From Acidimicrobiales bacterium (GTDB taxonomy: Bacteria > Actinomycetota > Acidimicrobiia > Acidimicrobiales > JAKAVM01), in contig DAIDIS010000065.1 in NCBI GenBank assembly GCA_027451785.1, positions 1 to 39,687 of the forward strand: 39,687 bases of DNA, written 5' to 3'. A program made the translations under genes and the position numbers. The notes below the pieces were generated by a model. It saw nothing but the letters and a program-made list of their open reading frames with translations, had not been told where the DNA came from and ran no database searches. This document shows, piece by piece, positions 26,842-36,767 of this stretch (the stretch's first letter is position 1; every line of letters starts with the position of its first letter).

Positions 26842-27681
26842 CTAGCGCTTCTCTGCTACGAGAGCGTAAAGGCAGTCCTCCTCGATTGCGTCAATAACCT
26901 CGAAGCCCGCGCTCTCGAAGACTTCCAATGCATAGGAAATTTCGGGGTGGATCCAATCAAACCAATCCGTCGCAATCGAAAGATGCCGGTACCGGTATTT
27001 AGCAAATCCGATCTCCTGGCCACATTTCGAGTTGGACCTGATGAGCCTCTCTTGGACGGGCTTCATCGAGCCGACCGCAAAGTCAAGCGTCCGGACGTCC
27101 GAGTACTCTTCGGCAATGACCCGGCCAGAAGGTCGCAATTGGTTCGACAACTCCTCTAAGAACGCCTTACCGGCCTCTCGACTCCAAAGAAAACCGACCC
27201 CGCTGCCAAGCAGCATCACTGTGTCAAAGGGTTCTGGGCTTCGCTCTCGCAACTCGCTAGTAGTCCCCAGGAAAGTCTCCTGGACTCCTCGCGCTCGGCA
27301 AACCTCAATCGAAAATGGTGAAGTATCCAAGGCGGTGACCCGCAAGCCTCTATCTTGGAGATGCAAAGAGTGAGTGCCTGCCCCAGCACCGAGGTCCAGG
27401 ATTCTTCCCCGGGCCTGGTCGCAAGCCCAGACGTGAGTCGTACGCCACTGCTGAATTGGAAGAAAATACCTGGCCATGTCTGTGACTGACAGGAAACCAT
27501 CGTCTCGCTCAAGGATCTCAAGAACTCCGTTACGTCCGCCACCGAGCAAGAACTCGGCCAAAGCCATTCCCCTAGCATCCCCGATAACAGGACCGAGCTG
27601 CATTCCTTCGGAGACGCCCGCCAATCGCTCCCCTGCGTAGGAGAGAAGCGAGTTAATCAAATCCTGTAAGGGCTCAATCAT
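26842..27681 (-). CDS. Class I SAM-dependent methyltransferase
   Basis: 279 aa with motif I ILDLGAGAGTHSLHLQDRG. The substrate cannot be identified. Confidence 0.75.
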   Translation of the reverse strand: MIEPLQDLINSLLSYAGERLAGVSEGMQLGPVIGDARGMALAEFLLGGGRNGVLEILERDDGFLSVTDMARYFLPIQQWRTTHVWACDQARGRILDLGAGAGTHSLHLQDRGLRVTALDTSPFSIEVCRARGVQETFLGTTSELRERSPEPFDTVMLLGSGVGFLWSREAGKAFLEELSNQLRPSGRVIAEEYSDVRTLDFAVGSMKPVQERLIRSNSKCGQEIGFAKYRYRHLSIATDWFDWIHPEISYALEVFESAGFEVIDAIEEDCLYALVAEKR

Positions 27682-27787
27682 CCAGGGGAATTGTAGCCAG
27701 AGATTCGAGCCACCTTGGCGAATTTACGAACAGAACCACACGCGAAAGATACGAGTTGTTGCAACCCGATCGATCCGCAGGAATCAG

Positions 27788-28135
27788 CTACGGCGAATAC
27801 GCCCAGAACTCAATCTCGACTTGTGCCCCCATTGGCAGTTCTCTAACAGCAACGGCAGATCTTGTGGGCCGGTGATCGCCAAAAGCCTCCACGTACGCTT
27901 CGTTCATATCCGCAAAGTCCGACATGTCGACCAGAAAGACCGTTGTTTTTACCACTTGGTCAAGAGAGGAGGAAGCTGACTCAAGCAGAGCTTTGCCATT
28001 CGCTATTGCCGCCTTGAGCTGGCCAGTCACACCTCCCTCAACAAGCTTTCCCTCAACGATTCCCAGCTGGCCAGAAGTGATTACCCAATCTCCTGCCCTT
28101 AGCACGGGAACGTACGGGCCGATGGGCGCGGTCAC
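27788..28135 (-). CDS. RidA/YjgF-family reactive-intermediate deaminase
   Basis: 115 aa with PIGPYVPVLRAGDWVITSGQLG and a C-terminal VAVRELPMGAQVEIE, typical of the family. Confidence 0.8.
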   Translation of the reverse strand: MTAPIGPYVPVLRAGDWVITSGQLGIVEGKLVEGGVTGQLKAAIANGKALLESASSSLDQVVKTTVFLVDMSDFADMNEAYVEAFGDHRPTRSAVAVRELPMGAQVEIEFWAYSP

Positions 28136-28191
28136 CCGAGGTCCTGGCCAAGCGAACTCACGCTAAGAGAAATCTTAGAACGAGGAGTCGA

Positions 28192-28557
28192 CTAGCTGAA
28201 GGAGTTGCCGCAACCGCATGTCTTGGTTGCGTTTGGGTTTGAGAAGCTGAAACCCGTGCCATTGAGCCCGTCCACATAATCGAGGCTCGAACCCTTCAAC
28301 ATCTCTGCGCTCTCAGGATCGACGGCCAACCGGAAGTCGCCGATTTCACGCACCTCGTCGTCTTGGGCAACCTCGGTATCGAAGAACATCTCGTAGGCAA
28401 AACCCGAGCACCCGCCTGCACGAACCGCTACTCTCAGGACCAATTGATTGGCGTCCTCTTCTTCACGGATCAACTCGGAAATCTTGGATGTTGCAGCATC
28501 GGAAAGCGTGATCAGCTCTGGCTTCTTCCCGATCGAAACTGAGCTCGTGATACTCAT
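28192..28557 (-). CDS. HesB/IscA/ErpA-type iron-sulfur cluster insertion protein
   Basis: 121 aa from the ATG at 28557, with a strong GAGGAGG upstream. Cys ligands sit in GGCSGFAYEM and the C-terminal CGCGNSFS. The ORF-track N-terminal extension (to 28782) is rejected. Confidence 0.85.
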   Translation of the reverse strand: MSITSSVSIGKKPELITLSDAATSKISELIREEEDANQLVLRVAVRAGGCSGFAYEMFFDTEVAQDDEVREIGDFRLAVDPESAEMLKGSSLDYVDGLNGTGFSFSNPNATKTCGCGNSFS

Positions 28558-28677
28558 TGCTCGAAGCACCTCCTCTATCAGCGTTAATAGGGTACTACGG
28601 ATTTCATTGGCCGATGGCATCGAAACGGCCAATGAACCGGAACGGAGTAATCCCTGAGCAGGCATACAATTGGGGAA

Positions 28678-29832
28678 GTGCCCATAACCCCCCAAGATGC
28701 CGTTCTCAATGCCCTCAAAGGGGTTGTCGACCCTGAGCTGGGCGACAACATCGTCGATCTCGGTATGGTCCAAGGTGTTCAAGTCGCTTCAGACGGTCAA
28801 GTGACTATCCGCATCGCTCTGACAATCGCCGGCTGCCCGCTCATGAAGCAGATTCGCCAGGACGTCGAGAGGGCAGTCGCCAATGTTCCAAATGTCATAC
28901 CGACTCCCGAAATTGAAGTCACGACGATGGACCAAAAGGAGCGGAGCCGCCTCATGGACCGACTGAGGAGGCGTGCCGGCGAAAATGCCCCCGATACCCA
29001 GATTCCAGGAGACGCAAGGGTGCTGGCTATCGCGTCAGGCAAAGGCGGCGTAGGAAAGTCCTCCATTACCGCCAACCTGTCCGTTGCCATTGCCGCCCTC
29101 GGCTATACCGTGGGCGTCTTGGATGCAGACATCTCGGGATTCTCAATCCCGCGGATGCTGGGTATGGATGGTCAGCTCAGAGCCGATGATTCAAAGAAGA
29201 TCATCCCGATCGAAAAGAAGATCGAGCCGGGACTGCTGAAGGTCATATCCATGGGCTTCCTGGCAGACGAGTCGTCGGCGATCATGTGGAGGGGATTGTT
29301 GCTCAATCGTGCTGTTCAGCAATTTCTGCAGGACGTGAGCTGGGGAGACCTCGACTATCTGCTGGTGGACATGCCCCCCGGGACTGGAGATATCCAAATG
29401 GGTCTGGCGAGGATGCTGCCGCACGCTGAGATGATCATCGTGACCACCCCGCCCGAAGCTGCGCAGAAAGTCGCCCAGAGAGCTGCGTCAATGGCCCGGA
29501 AGAGCTATCTGAGGATCGCCGGAGTTATAGAGAACATGTCGGATTTCACCTGCGAGCACGGAACGACTTACGAGCTCTTTGGGTCCGGCGGGGGCGAACG
29601 GCTGGCGATGGAAATCGGCGTACCCCTTATTGGCTCAGTGCCCCTGGACGTCTCGGTCGCCGCAGGGGGCGACAGTGGCCGACCCGCGGTGACCTCGAGT
29701 GAAGCTCACGGAACAGTCAGGGATGCTTTGACGGAAATCGCCCGGCGGATCACCACGGACATGGCACCTGTCGTTTCCATGGATGGCTGTACGGGTCGGA
29801 TGCTGGAAAACGTAAGGCGAGCAATAGGCTAG
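28678..29832 (+). CDS. Mrp/ApbC/NBP35-family Fe-S cluster carrier ATPase with N-terminal DUF59 (MIP18-like) domain
   Basis: DUF59 region VLNALKGVVDPELGDNIVDLGMV, deviant Walker A IASGKGGVGKSS, and DMPPGTGD. Confidence 0.88.
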   Translation: MPITPQDAVLNALKGVVDPELGDNIVDLGMVQGVQVASDGQVTIRIALTIAGCPLMKQIRQDVERAVANVPNVIPTPEIEVTTMDQKERSRLMDRLRRRAGENAPDTQIPGDARVLAIASGKGGVGKSSITANLSVAIAALGYTVGVLDADISGFSIPRMLGMDGQLRADDSKKIIPIEKKIEPGLLKVISMGFLADESSAIMWRGLLLNRAVQQFLQDVSWGDLDYLLVDMPPGTGDIQMGLARMLPHAEMIIVTTPPEAAQKVAQRAASMARKSYLRIAGVIENMSDFTCEHGTTYELFGSGGGERLAMEIGVPLIGSVPLDVSVAAGGDSGRPAVTSSEAHGTVRDALTEIARRITTDMAPVVSMDGCTGRMLENVRRAIG

Positions 29833-29867
29833 GAATACAGAGCTAATATCCTGATGGAAGGCGCAGA

Positions 29868-31028
29868 TTGAATGATCTTCAGCAAATGACGGAGAACTAC
29901 AGTCCGAGGGTTCGATTCCTCGACTTGGCCTCCATCAACGCGGAAGTCACCGGCGAGGCTGAAGGGATTTTCAGCGAGTTCCTGCAAAGCGGCCACTATA
30001 TCCTTGGCCCGCAGGTTGAAGCGTTCGAAAGTGAGTTCGCAACTTATATCGGAACTGAATACTGCGTAGGCGTCGGCAACGGATTCGATGCCCTTCACCT
30101 AGGTCTCCGGGCGATTGGGGTCTCACCGGGAGACGAGGTAATCGTTCCATCCAATACCTACATCGCAACCTGGCTCGCGGTAAGCGCAATCGGCGCCATC
30201 CCCGTTCCAGTGGAACCTGACCCTCGGACATTCAATATCTACCCGGACGGAATTGAAGCAGCCATCACTCATCGCACGTCGGCGATCCTGCCAGTCCACT
30301 TGTACGGGAACCCAGCCGACATGGTGCGCATCACCGAAATTGCCGCGCGCCACTCGATAGCCGTCCTTGAAGATTGCGCACAAGCGCATGGTGCCGCCAT
30401 TGGACCGAAGAAAGTGGGCTCATTCGGGACGGCTGCAGCGTGGAGCTTCTTTCCATCCAAGAACCTCGGAGCCTTGGGTGACGGCGGGGCAATTACCACC
30501 AGCGATCCGGCACTTGCAGCAAAACTGAAGGCACTGAGAAACTACGGCTCGCGTGTGAAATACGTAAACGAGATTCAGGGATTCAACTCACGTCTGGACG
30601 AGATCCAAGCAGCACTACTCCGTGCGAAGCTACCCAGACTGGACGAGTGGAACTCCCGCCGAGCCGGCCTCGCCGGCGACTACTTGGCGTCCATCGACGT
30701 TGAGTCGTTAAGGCTTCCGGATGTCGGCAAACAACCAAGCAATGCCAACGCAGGCGACTCTCTAAGTCACGTTTGGCACCTATTCGTGGTCAGAGCAACA
30801 CGAAGGGACGCGCTTAGAGAGCATCTTGGGCTGAAGGGAGTCGAGACCTTGATCCACTACCCGATCGCTCCTCACAGGCAAGAGGCCTACGCTCACACGA
30901 CACTGGCAAAGGAGACATTCCCCCTAAGCGAGAGGATTCACGACGAGGTCTTGAGTCTCCCGATGGGGCCCTCGTTGAGCAAGGACGATCTCGATTACGT
31001 AATCGATTCGATTAACGCGTTCCACTAG
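29868..31028 (+). CDS. DegT/DnrJ/EryC1/StrS-family PLP-dependent sugar aminotransferase (FdtB/WecE-like)
   Basis: 386 aa with [34 protein letters not shown], and the PLP-Lys context [15 protein letters not shown]. Confidence 0.85.
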   Translation: MNDLQQMTENYSPRVRFLDLASINAEVTGEAEGIFSEFLQSGHYILGPQVEAFESEFATYIGTEYCVGVGNGFDALHLGLRAIGVSPGDEVIVPSNTYIATWLAVSAIGAIPVPVEPDPRTFNIYPDGIEAAITHRTSAILPVHLYGNPADMVRITEIAARHSIAVLEDCAQAHGAAIGPKKVGSFGTAAAWSFFPSKNLGALGDGGAITTSDPALAAKLKALRNYGSRVKYVNEIQGFNSRLDEIQAALLRAKLPRLDEWNSRRAGLAGDYLASIDVESLRLPDVGKQPSNANAGDSLSHVWHLFVVRATRRDALREHLGLKGVETLIHYPIAPHRQEAYAHTTLAKETFPLSERIHDEVLSLPMGPSLSKDDLDYVIDSINAFH

Positions 31029-31054
31029 CTCTACCTTGCTAACATCGGCTTGAA

Positions 31055-31468
31055 ATGCCTTCAATCGACGACGCACTACTCCTGGACTTGCCGAAGATTG
31101 GCGATGCTCGCGGCAACCTCACCTTTGTCGAGTCCAAGAGGCATATCCCGTTCGAAATCAAGCGAGTCTTCTATCTTTACGACGTTCCGGGGGGCGAAAG
31201 CCGTGCCGGGCACGCGAACAGGAACCTGGAGCAGCTTATAGTCGCGGCCTCCGGTAGCTTTGACGTCACTGTCGATGACGGTAGCGAACACCGGAAGTTC
31301 TCGCTGAACCGCTCCTACCGCGGGCTTTACATACCCGGAATGATCTGGAGGGAAATCACTAACTTCTCTTCCGGTTCGGTGTGCATGGTATTCGCAAGCG
31401 ACTACTACGACCCAGACGATTACTACCACTCATACGACGATTTCAAGCTGGCGCTTCTCAACACCTGA
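31055..31468 (+). CDS. FdtA/WxcM-like cupin: dTDP-4-keto-6-deoxyhexose 3,4-ketoisomerase
   Basis: 137 aa. GDARGNLTFVESKRHIPFEIKRVFYLYDVPGGESRAGHA matches the FdtA/WxcM-type sugar isomerase signature. Confidence 0.75.
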   Translation: MPSIDDALLLDLPKIGDARGNLTFVESKRHIPFEIKRVFYLYDVPGGESRAGHANRNLEQLIVAASGSFDVTVDDGSEHRKFSLNRSYRGLYIPGMIWREITNFSSGSVCMVFASDYYDPDDYYHSYDDFKLALLNT

Positions 31469-31522
31469 GCGACCCGCAACCATCCTCGCTTTGGTAACAG
31501 CGCCAGGAATGCGGAACCTCCG

Positions 31523-32413
31523 CTAGACGTTTTCCTCTTTCCGCCATAATGCCGCTGCATTGTTGAATGCAACCATGGGTTCGAAGATGCCCCTCTCAGC
31601 CCGGAAGTCACCTATCGCCTTTGCGCAGCCATCCACCGAGGCGTAGTCATCAATCACTACAAACCCGCCGATCGAGACCTTATGGTACAAGGCTTCCAGG
31701 GCTTCGATGGTCGATGAGTACATGTCGCCATCCAATCGAAGCAGACAGATTTCCTCAATTGCGGCTTTCGGCAGAGTGTCCGAGAACCAACCGGGCAAGA
31801 ACTCAACCTGCTCGTCCAATAACCCATAGACCTTGAAATTGTGCCGCACTTCCTCGAGAGATACCGCAAGCTGTGGCTGAAGAAAGTGCTCATCCCCTTC
31901 ATCGGCTGGGTACTTGCCAGGATCGGGAGGCGGCAGCCCTTGAAACGAGTCGGCCGCCCAGACCTTCCTGAAAGTGTCACCCATGACTTTCATAGCCCCC
32001 CGAGCCATGATGGACGCGCCGCCTCTCCAAACTCCCGTTTCCACGAAATCACCCGGGACGGCCTCTTCACTCAATTGCCCAAGGAGGTAGGCCACTAACA
32101 GAAGGGCCTCATAGCCGATCATCGACTCGGCATTGCCGGGCCATGCGATCTGTAGGGGAGCAAGGGTCTCACGATCCTTTTCCTGCCTCTTCGCCACAAC
32201 GAAGTCGTTCGACGCGAGCCACGCAACTGCAGGCCCTTGGCCAGCTTCGACGAGCTGCTTAGCGACGGGCCCTAGAGCTGCTCCCGGAGTGCTCGAGAAA
32301 CGCTCGATCTCCTCGTACTCGGTGAACCCGAGCCTGCAAAGGAATCTTGCCAATAGCTCAAGGTAGAGAACTTGCTCTTGGTTAAAGTAGGTCCAGAGGT
32401 CGAACTCATACAT
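31523..32413 (-). CDS. TylF/MycF-family SAM-dependent (sugar) O-methyltransferase
   Basis: 296 aa with WPGNAESMIGYEAL, VPGDFVETGVWRGGASIM, DSFQGLP and LRLDGDMYSSTIEALEALY, which are characteristic of macrocin-O-methyltransferase-like enzymes. Confidence 0.8.
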   Translation of the reverse strand: MYEFDLWTYFNQEQVLYLELLARFLCRLGFTEYEEIERFSSTPGAALGPVAKQLVEAGQGPAVAWLASNDFVVAKRQEKDRETLAPLQIAWPGNAESMIGYEALLLVAYLLGQLSEEAVPGDFVETGVWRGGASIMARGAMKVMGDTFRKVWAADSFQGLPPPDPGKYPADEGDEHFLQPQLAVSLEEVRHNFKVYGLLDEQVEFLPGWFSDTLPKAAIEEICLLRLDGDMYSSTIEALEALYHKVSIGGFVVIDDYASVDGCAKAIGDFRAERGIFEPMVAFNNAAALWRKEENV

Positions 32414-32434
32414 TTTCGGTGGAACTCTCCTTCC

Positions 32435-33274
32435 TCAGACCCTCCTCCACAAAGACTCAAGCGCGCCGGTCGCATTGGAAGTAACTCGGCCTTCCTTTTC
32501 GAGCTTCCTCAAATGAGCCCAGGCGGAATACTTGGCTACCGGAAGAAGGTGGTCCGGAGTTCCTTCGTATGCGACATCGACGACTTCGGCAACCGAAACT
32601 TCGGCTTCGGGGGGAACAGCGTCAAATATCAACTTTTCTCTATGGATTCTATGGGATAAATATGCCTTGATTGTGGAAACCGGGTCCTCAATTATTCGGC
32701 CGTGCCCAGGAGCTATTCGTAAGACCTCAGGCTCGAGACCGCTTAGTTTGCGGAGGCTCATTAAGTAATCAGCCATGTCACCCTCGGGAGGGATTATCAC
32801 TACAGTCGATCCCTCCATGATGTGATCCCCGGAGAAAGCGAGCTGCTCTTGCTCAAGAAGGTAGACGTGGTGGTTATAGACATGGCCTGGAGTGTGGACC
32901 GCCCTAATCGTCAGCTCACCAACGGATACGATCCCTCCGTCGGCAATTTCCCTGTCGAGAGCGACTCCATCCCCTGCGCTGAACCCAACTACTGGGGCAC
33001 CCGTAACGGCCGAGAGCCTGGCAGCCAAAGGCGCGTGGTCCGGGTGGGTATGGGTCAGCAACACGGAGTTGATGTTTCCACCTGAAGCATCGAGGATCAC
33101 ATTGAGGTGTGACTCGATCTCAGGCCCCGGGTCGATGACGATCGACGGCCGGTCCCCGACGATGTAAGTATTGGTGCCGGTCCCGGTCATTATCGAGGGG
33201 TTCGGGGCGACAATCCGTCTTACGTTCTCAGAAATCTTGACGGGAATGCCGGGAACGATATCGCCTTCGCTCAC
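32435..33274 (-). CDS. MBL-fold metallo-hydrolase
   Basis: The HxHxDH motif (LLTHTHPDHAPL) plus downstream His/Asp ligands. The GTG start overlaps the NUDIX stop (GTGA). Confidence 0.85.
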   Translation of the reverse strand: MSEGDIVPGIPVKISENVRRIVAPNPSIMTGTGTNTYIVGDRPSIVIDPGPEIESHLNVILDASGGNINSVLLTHTHPDHAPLAARLSAVTGAPVVGFSAGDGVALDREIADGGIVSVGELTIRAVHTPGHVYNHHVYLLEQEQLAFSGDHIMEGSTVVIIPPEGDMADYLMSLRKLSGLEPEVLRIAPGHGRIIEDPVSTIKAYLSHRIHREKLIFDAVPPEAEVSVAEVVDVAYEGTPDHLLPVAKYSAWAHLRKLEKEGRVTSNATGALESLWRRV

Positions 33275-34014
33275 AGTCGCAGCCCTTTGCAGGGATCCGC
33301 AACATCACCGAACGAACATGCCCGAGCGATCACTTCAAGTGCTTGGATGGTGGGCGCGAGCATCTTTATCTCACCCTTCCTGTTCATTGCCAACGCTTCC
33401 ATCGGCTTCATCCAGGCGTGGTTGACGATCTCGGCCCCATCCACCTCCACCGGAACCGACGCACCCACTTCTGCAGCAAAAAACCGCGTGTCGAACCTTC
33501 TCGGAGGTCCGATCGGTGTGATCCTTCGGCCGAGATATACGAGCTTCGTTGCCGGCCCAGTGAGCTCATCGCCGTAAATGTCCTTGACCGACTGTGGCGT
33601 GAATGGCCGGTTCGAACCATTGTCAGCTGGTGCGTTCGAAAGCCGAGCCAAGCGAGACCGCACCCCTGCGCCACTCGACAACCCGAGCAGAATTCCACAC
33701 TCCTCGAAACATTCCCGGATAGCTGCGATGTAGAACGCCAGGCCACCGGAAACCAGGCCCAATTCCGCGCTGGCGGCTTCGTCATCGTGGCCCGCAACCT
33801 CTTCCCATTCAAGCGAGCCGTCTTCGGGTTCGACTCGGCCTCCCGGGAACACGAGAGCACCTGGAGCGAAGACTGCATCGTTGTTGCGCTCCAACAAGAG
33901 CACCTCAAGATTGCTGGACCCGTCGTCCAGCGAGAGAGGAGAACGTACCAGGACTACCGTAGCGGCAAGCTCAGGATCTCCTGACCACGCGCCGGGTTCG
34001 CTGGATTGGGGCAT
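33271..34014 (-). CDS. NUDIX hydrolase
   Basis: Split Nudix box FPGGRVEPEDGS...AAIRECFEECGILL. Confidence 0.8.
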   Translation of the reverse strand: MPQSSEPGAWSGDPELAATVVLVRSPLSLDDGSSNLEVLLLERNNDAVFAPGALVFPGGRVEPEDGSLEWEEVAGHDDEAASAELGLVSGGLAFYIAAIRECFEECGILLGLSSGAGVRSRLARLSNAPADNGSNRPFTPQSVKDIYGDELTGPATKLVYLGRRITPIGPPRRFDTRFFAAEVGASVPVEVDGAEIVNHAWMKPMEALAMNRKGEIKMLAPTIQALEVIARACSFGDVADPCKGLRL

Positions 34015-34273
34015 GGAACGAGAGTATCCTGCGGCGCTCCACCTCGTTCATGCCTCCCCAGATCCCATGAGGCTCCTGTATTCGGATCGAGTAATCCAGG
34101 CACTCATTCGATACCGGGCAGATTTTGCAGATCGCCTTCGCTTGGCGTTCCCTGCCTATCCTCTGGACTTTACGCTCCGTGTCAGAGGGCGGATAGAAAA
34201 GGGCAAGCTGAGGACCCTTACATGCCGCCCTCTCTTGCCATAGCTCGTCCGCCGACTTCAAAACACTCGACAC
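33971..34273 (-). CDS. WhiB-family [4Fe-4S] transcriptional regulator
   Basis: Cys pattern C-Xn-C-X2-C-X5-C (AACKG...AKAICKICPVSNEC), a GIWGG turn and a basic C-tail. The GTG at 34273 has GGAGG 5 nt upstream, and the ORF track begins at the TTG at 34285. The 3' end overlaps the NUDIX start by 44 nt. Confidence 0.88.
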   Translation of the reverse strand: MSSVLKSADELWQERAACKGPQLALFYPPSDTERKVQRIGRERQAKAICKICPVSNECLDYSIRIQEPHGIWGGMNEVERRRILSFHAPIQRTRRVVRRS

Positions 34274-34469
34274 CTGTACCTCCAAAAACTACAAACCGGC
34301 GTCGCCTACCCACTAGCCTTAGTTACTTAAGATATCCAGGTAACCAGTGGTAACACCAGGGGAAATCCCCAATACCCGGACGCCAACCGAGAGAGTACAA
34401 CCAGAATTGCCCGCCAACAAGGGGAAATTTCGGGCGTCGAGGCGCTTTGGGAGTTAGTCTCGTTTAGCT

Positions 34470-35522
34470 ATGGATGCAGTCGAGTTCAGCCGGCAGGCGC
34501 GGGTTGTCATCGTCGCCGGTAAGGGAGGAGTGGGTAAGACCACGATCACAGCTGCTTTCGCCAACATGGCGGCGGCTAAGGGCGTGGATACGCTCATAGT
34601 CGAGTTGGACGGGAAGAGCGCCATTCCAGCCGACTTCGGCCTCGAAGGCACGCTCGACTATGAAGAAGTCGTGTTAAGAGAGCCTGGTGATTCTCTCTCG
34701 GCGCAAATGGGCGAGTGCAAAGCTCGGGTTCGCGCCAGGCGCCTGACTCCAGACGATGCCCTTATCGAGTATCTGGCCGACCACGGAATGGCTCGAATTT
34801 CAAAGCGTCTCGCCTCTTCGGGCGTTCTGGACGTGGTCGCCACGGCCATTCCAGGAATCCGCGACATCTTGGTGCTTGGCAAGATAAAGCAGTTGGACCT
34901 ACTTCAGTCAGCCGACTTGATCGTGGTGGATGCTCCCGCCACGGGTCACACTATGGGGGCGCTTTCAAGTGCTTTTGGCTTGATGGATGCAGTGCAGGTT
35001 GGGCCGATTCGGTTGCAAACCTCCGAAGTAATTGAGTTTCTCGGAGACCCTAAGCGGTGCGAGGTCCTCCTGGTCACTCTGGCAGAGGAAACGCCGGTAA
35101 ACGAAGTGGCCGAAGCGGCTTTCGAATTAGAGGACAAGATCGGGATCAAGCTCGGCCCGGTCATAGTCAACTGCCTTCTTCCCGTCTGCGGCGTAGAGCT
35201 TGACGCCGATGGCGAGGCCGCCGGGCCTGGGAACACTTCGGGCCTGAGTATGAAGCTTCCCTCAAGCTCAGCCCTGCAGAAGGGGGGAGCCTTGATGGGT
35301 TTGAAACTAAGTAGTGCCGATTGTGACCTCCTATCGAATGCCATGGAGTTCGAGACCACCCGCCACGCCCTCCAGCAACGCCAACTTGCACGGCTATCGG
35401 AGTTGCTGCCTCTGCCACAAGTGGGCCTCCCGCTATACCCAACTTCCAAGATGGATCCGGCAGGTATCGGATTTCTCTCATCAAAGCTCGAAGAGGCAAT
35501 AGCAAAAATGGAGCCCCGTTGA
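34470..35522 (+). CDS. ArsA/Get3-like P-loop ATPase (canonical DxxPTGHT signature)
   Basis: Deviant Walker A VAGKGGVGKTTITAA and signature VVDAPATGHTMGAL. Confidence 0.85.
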   Translation: MDAVEFSRQARVVIVAGKGGVGKTTITAAFANMAAAKGVDTLIVELDGKSAIPADFGLEGTLDYEEVVLREPGDSLSAQMGECKARVRARRLTPDDALIEYLADHGMARISKRLASSGVLDVVATAIPGIRDILVLGKIKQLDLLQSADLIVVDAPATGHTMGALSSAFGLMDAVQVGPIRLQTSEVIEFLGDPKRCEVLLVTLAEETPVNEVAEAAFELEDKIGIKLGPVIVNCLLPVCGVELDADGEAAGPGNTSGLSMKLPSSSALQKGGALMGLKLSSADCDLLSNAMEFETTRHALQQRQLARLSELLPLPQVGLPLYPTSKMDPAGIGFLSSKLEEAIAKMEPR

Positions 35523-36739
35523 GCCCTTCGTCCCCGAAAAGCAGCCGTAAGAGCGCCGGGCCCGAAGCGCAAAACGGGGACGCAAGGCAAACGGCTTCCC
35601 CTATTGCCGAGATGATCCATTCCAAGAAGGTCATCATTTGCTGCGGTTCGGGAGGAGTCGGGAAGACGACTGTTTCGGCCGCCCTGGCACTGAGTGCAGC
35701 CAAGGCCGGCAAGCGCGTTTGCGTGGTGACAATCGACCCGGCACGACGGCTTGCTGATGCCTTTGGCTTGGAGGCGCTGGAGAACCAGCCAAGGTCGGTG
35801 GCTGGGGACTGGCCAGGCGAGCTTTGGGCTTTGATGCTGGACACCAAAGTCACATTCGATGACCTGATCAATCGCCACTCGGCCAATGAGGCTCAAGCCC
35901 AGGCGATTCTCAACAACAAGCTCTACCGGAACCTTTCAGGCGCACTCTCTGGTACGCAGGAGTATATGGCGATGGAGAAGCTTTACGAGCTTTACAACGA
36001 CGAGCGTTTCGACCTCGTGGTGGTCGACACGCCCCCTACCCGCAATGCCATCGATTTCCTCGAAGCCCCCAAAAGGCTCGCGAATTTCCTCGAAAACAAG
36101 ATCTTCCGCCTGTTGATGATGCCGACGCGAGCTTATTTGAGAGCAGTTTCGCTGGCGACCCGCACATTCCTCCGCACCATCTCCAAGGTGGTCGGAGCGG
36201 AAGTAGTGACCGACGCAGTGGAGTTCTTCCATGCCTTCGAGGGGTTGGAGGAAGGGTTTCGCCAACGGGCACACAGGGTTGAATCCCTGTTCGGCTCGGA
36301 CGAGACCGCATTCATTCTCGCAACCGCTCCGAAAAGCGAGGCCATCGATGAGGCAATGTTTTTCGCCAAACGCCTCTTGGAGATCGGCTTGGGGGTTGAC
36401 GCTCTGATCGTCAATCGCGTACACCCTAAGTTTGATCCTGGCCCCAAGTCAGTACTTGCGGGATTGGATGCCACATGGCCGAATACTGATGGTGAGCGGG
36501 ACCTAGCTGCTTCAAAGATCGACGCCAAAGGCCATCGAGAAGCTTCGGACGCAAAGGCCATGATCTCCAATTGGCTTGCGATCAGAGCGCAGAACCACGC
36601 CGAAGAAGAGCTTCTCGCAGTCATTACCAAAGTCGTCGATCCAGCTCCCGTGGTGAAGGTCCCATTACTTCAAGAAGACGTGCATGACTTGGCCGGGATC
36701 GAATTGGTGGCCGAGCATCTGGTGGATACCCAGACCTAG
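35519..36739 (+). CDS. ArsA/Get3-like P-loop ATPase (degenerate signature)
   Basis: CCGSGGVGKTTVSAALA and TIDPARRLADAFG. The signature position reads VVDTPPTRNAIDFL, with no His. The TTG start overlaps the upstream stop (TTGA). An alternative ATG lies at 35612. Confidence 0.85.
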   Translation: MSPSSPKSSRKSAGPEAQNGDARQTASPIAEMIHSKKVIICCGSGGVGKTTVSAALALSAAKAGKRVCVVTIDPARRLADAFGLEALENQPRSVAGDWPGELWALMLDTKVTFDDLINRHSANEAQAQAILNNKLYRNLSGALSGTQEYMAMEKLYELYNDERFDLVVVDTPPTRNAIDFLEAPKRLANFLENKIFRLLMMPTRAYLRAVSLATRTFLRTISKVVGAEVVTDAVEFFHAFEGLEEGFRQRAHRVESLFGSDETAFILATAPKSEAIDEAMFFAKRLLEIGLGVDALIVNRVHPKFDPGPKSVLAGLDATWPNTDGERDLAASKIDAKGHREASDAKAMISNWLAIRAQNHAEEELLAVITKVVDPAPVVKVPLLQEDVHDLAGIELVAEHLVDTQT

Positions 36740-36767
36740 CCGTCTCTTTTTTGCGGAGCTCAGGTGG

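Noticed and set aside
28558-28782. N-terminal 75-aa extension of the HesB/IscA ORF, overlapping the divergent Mrp gene start.
   Set aside because: The internal ATG at 28557 has a strong GAGGAGG Shine-Dalgarno and gives a canonical ~120-aa A-type carrier. The extension has no homology features and would overlap the neighbouring gene.
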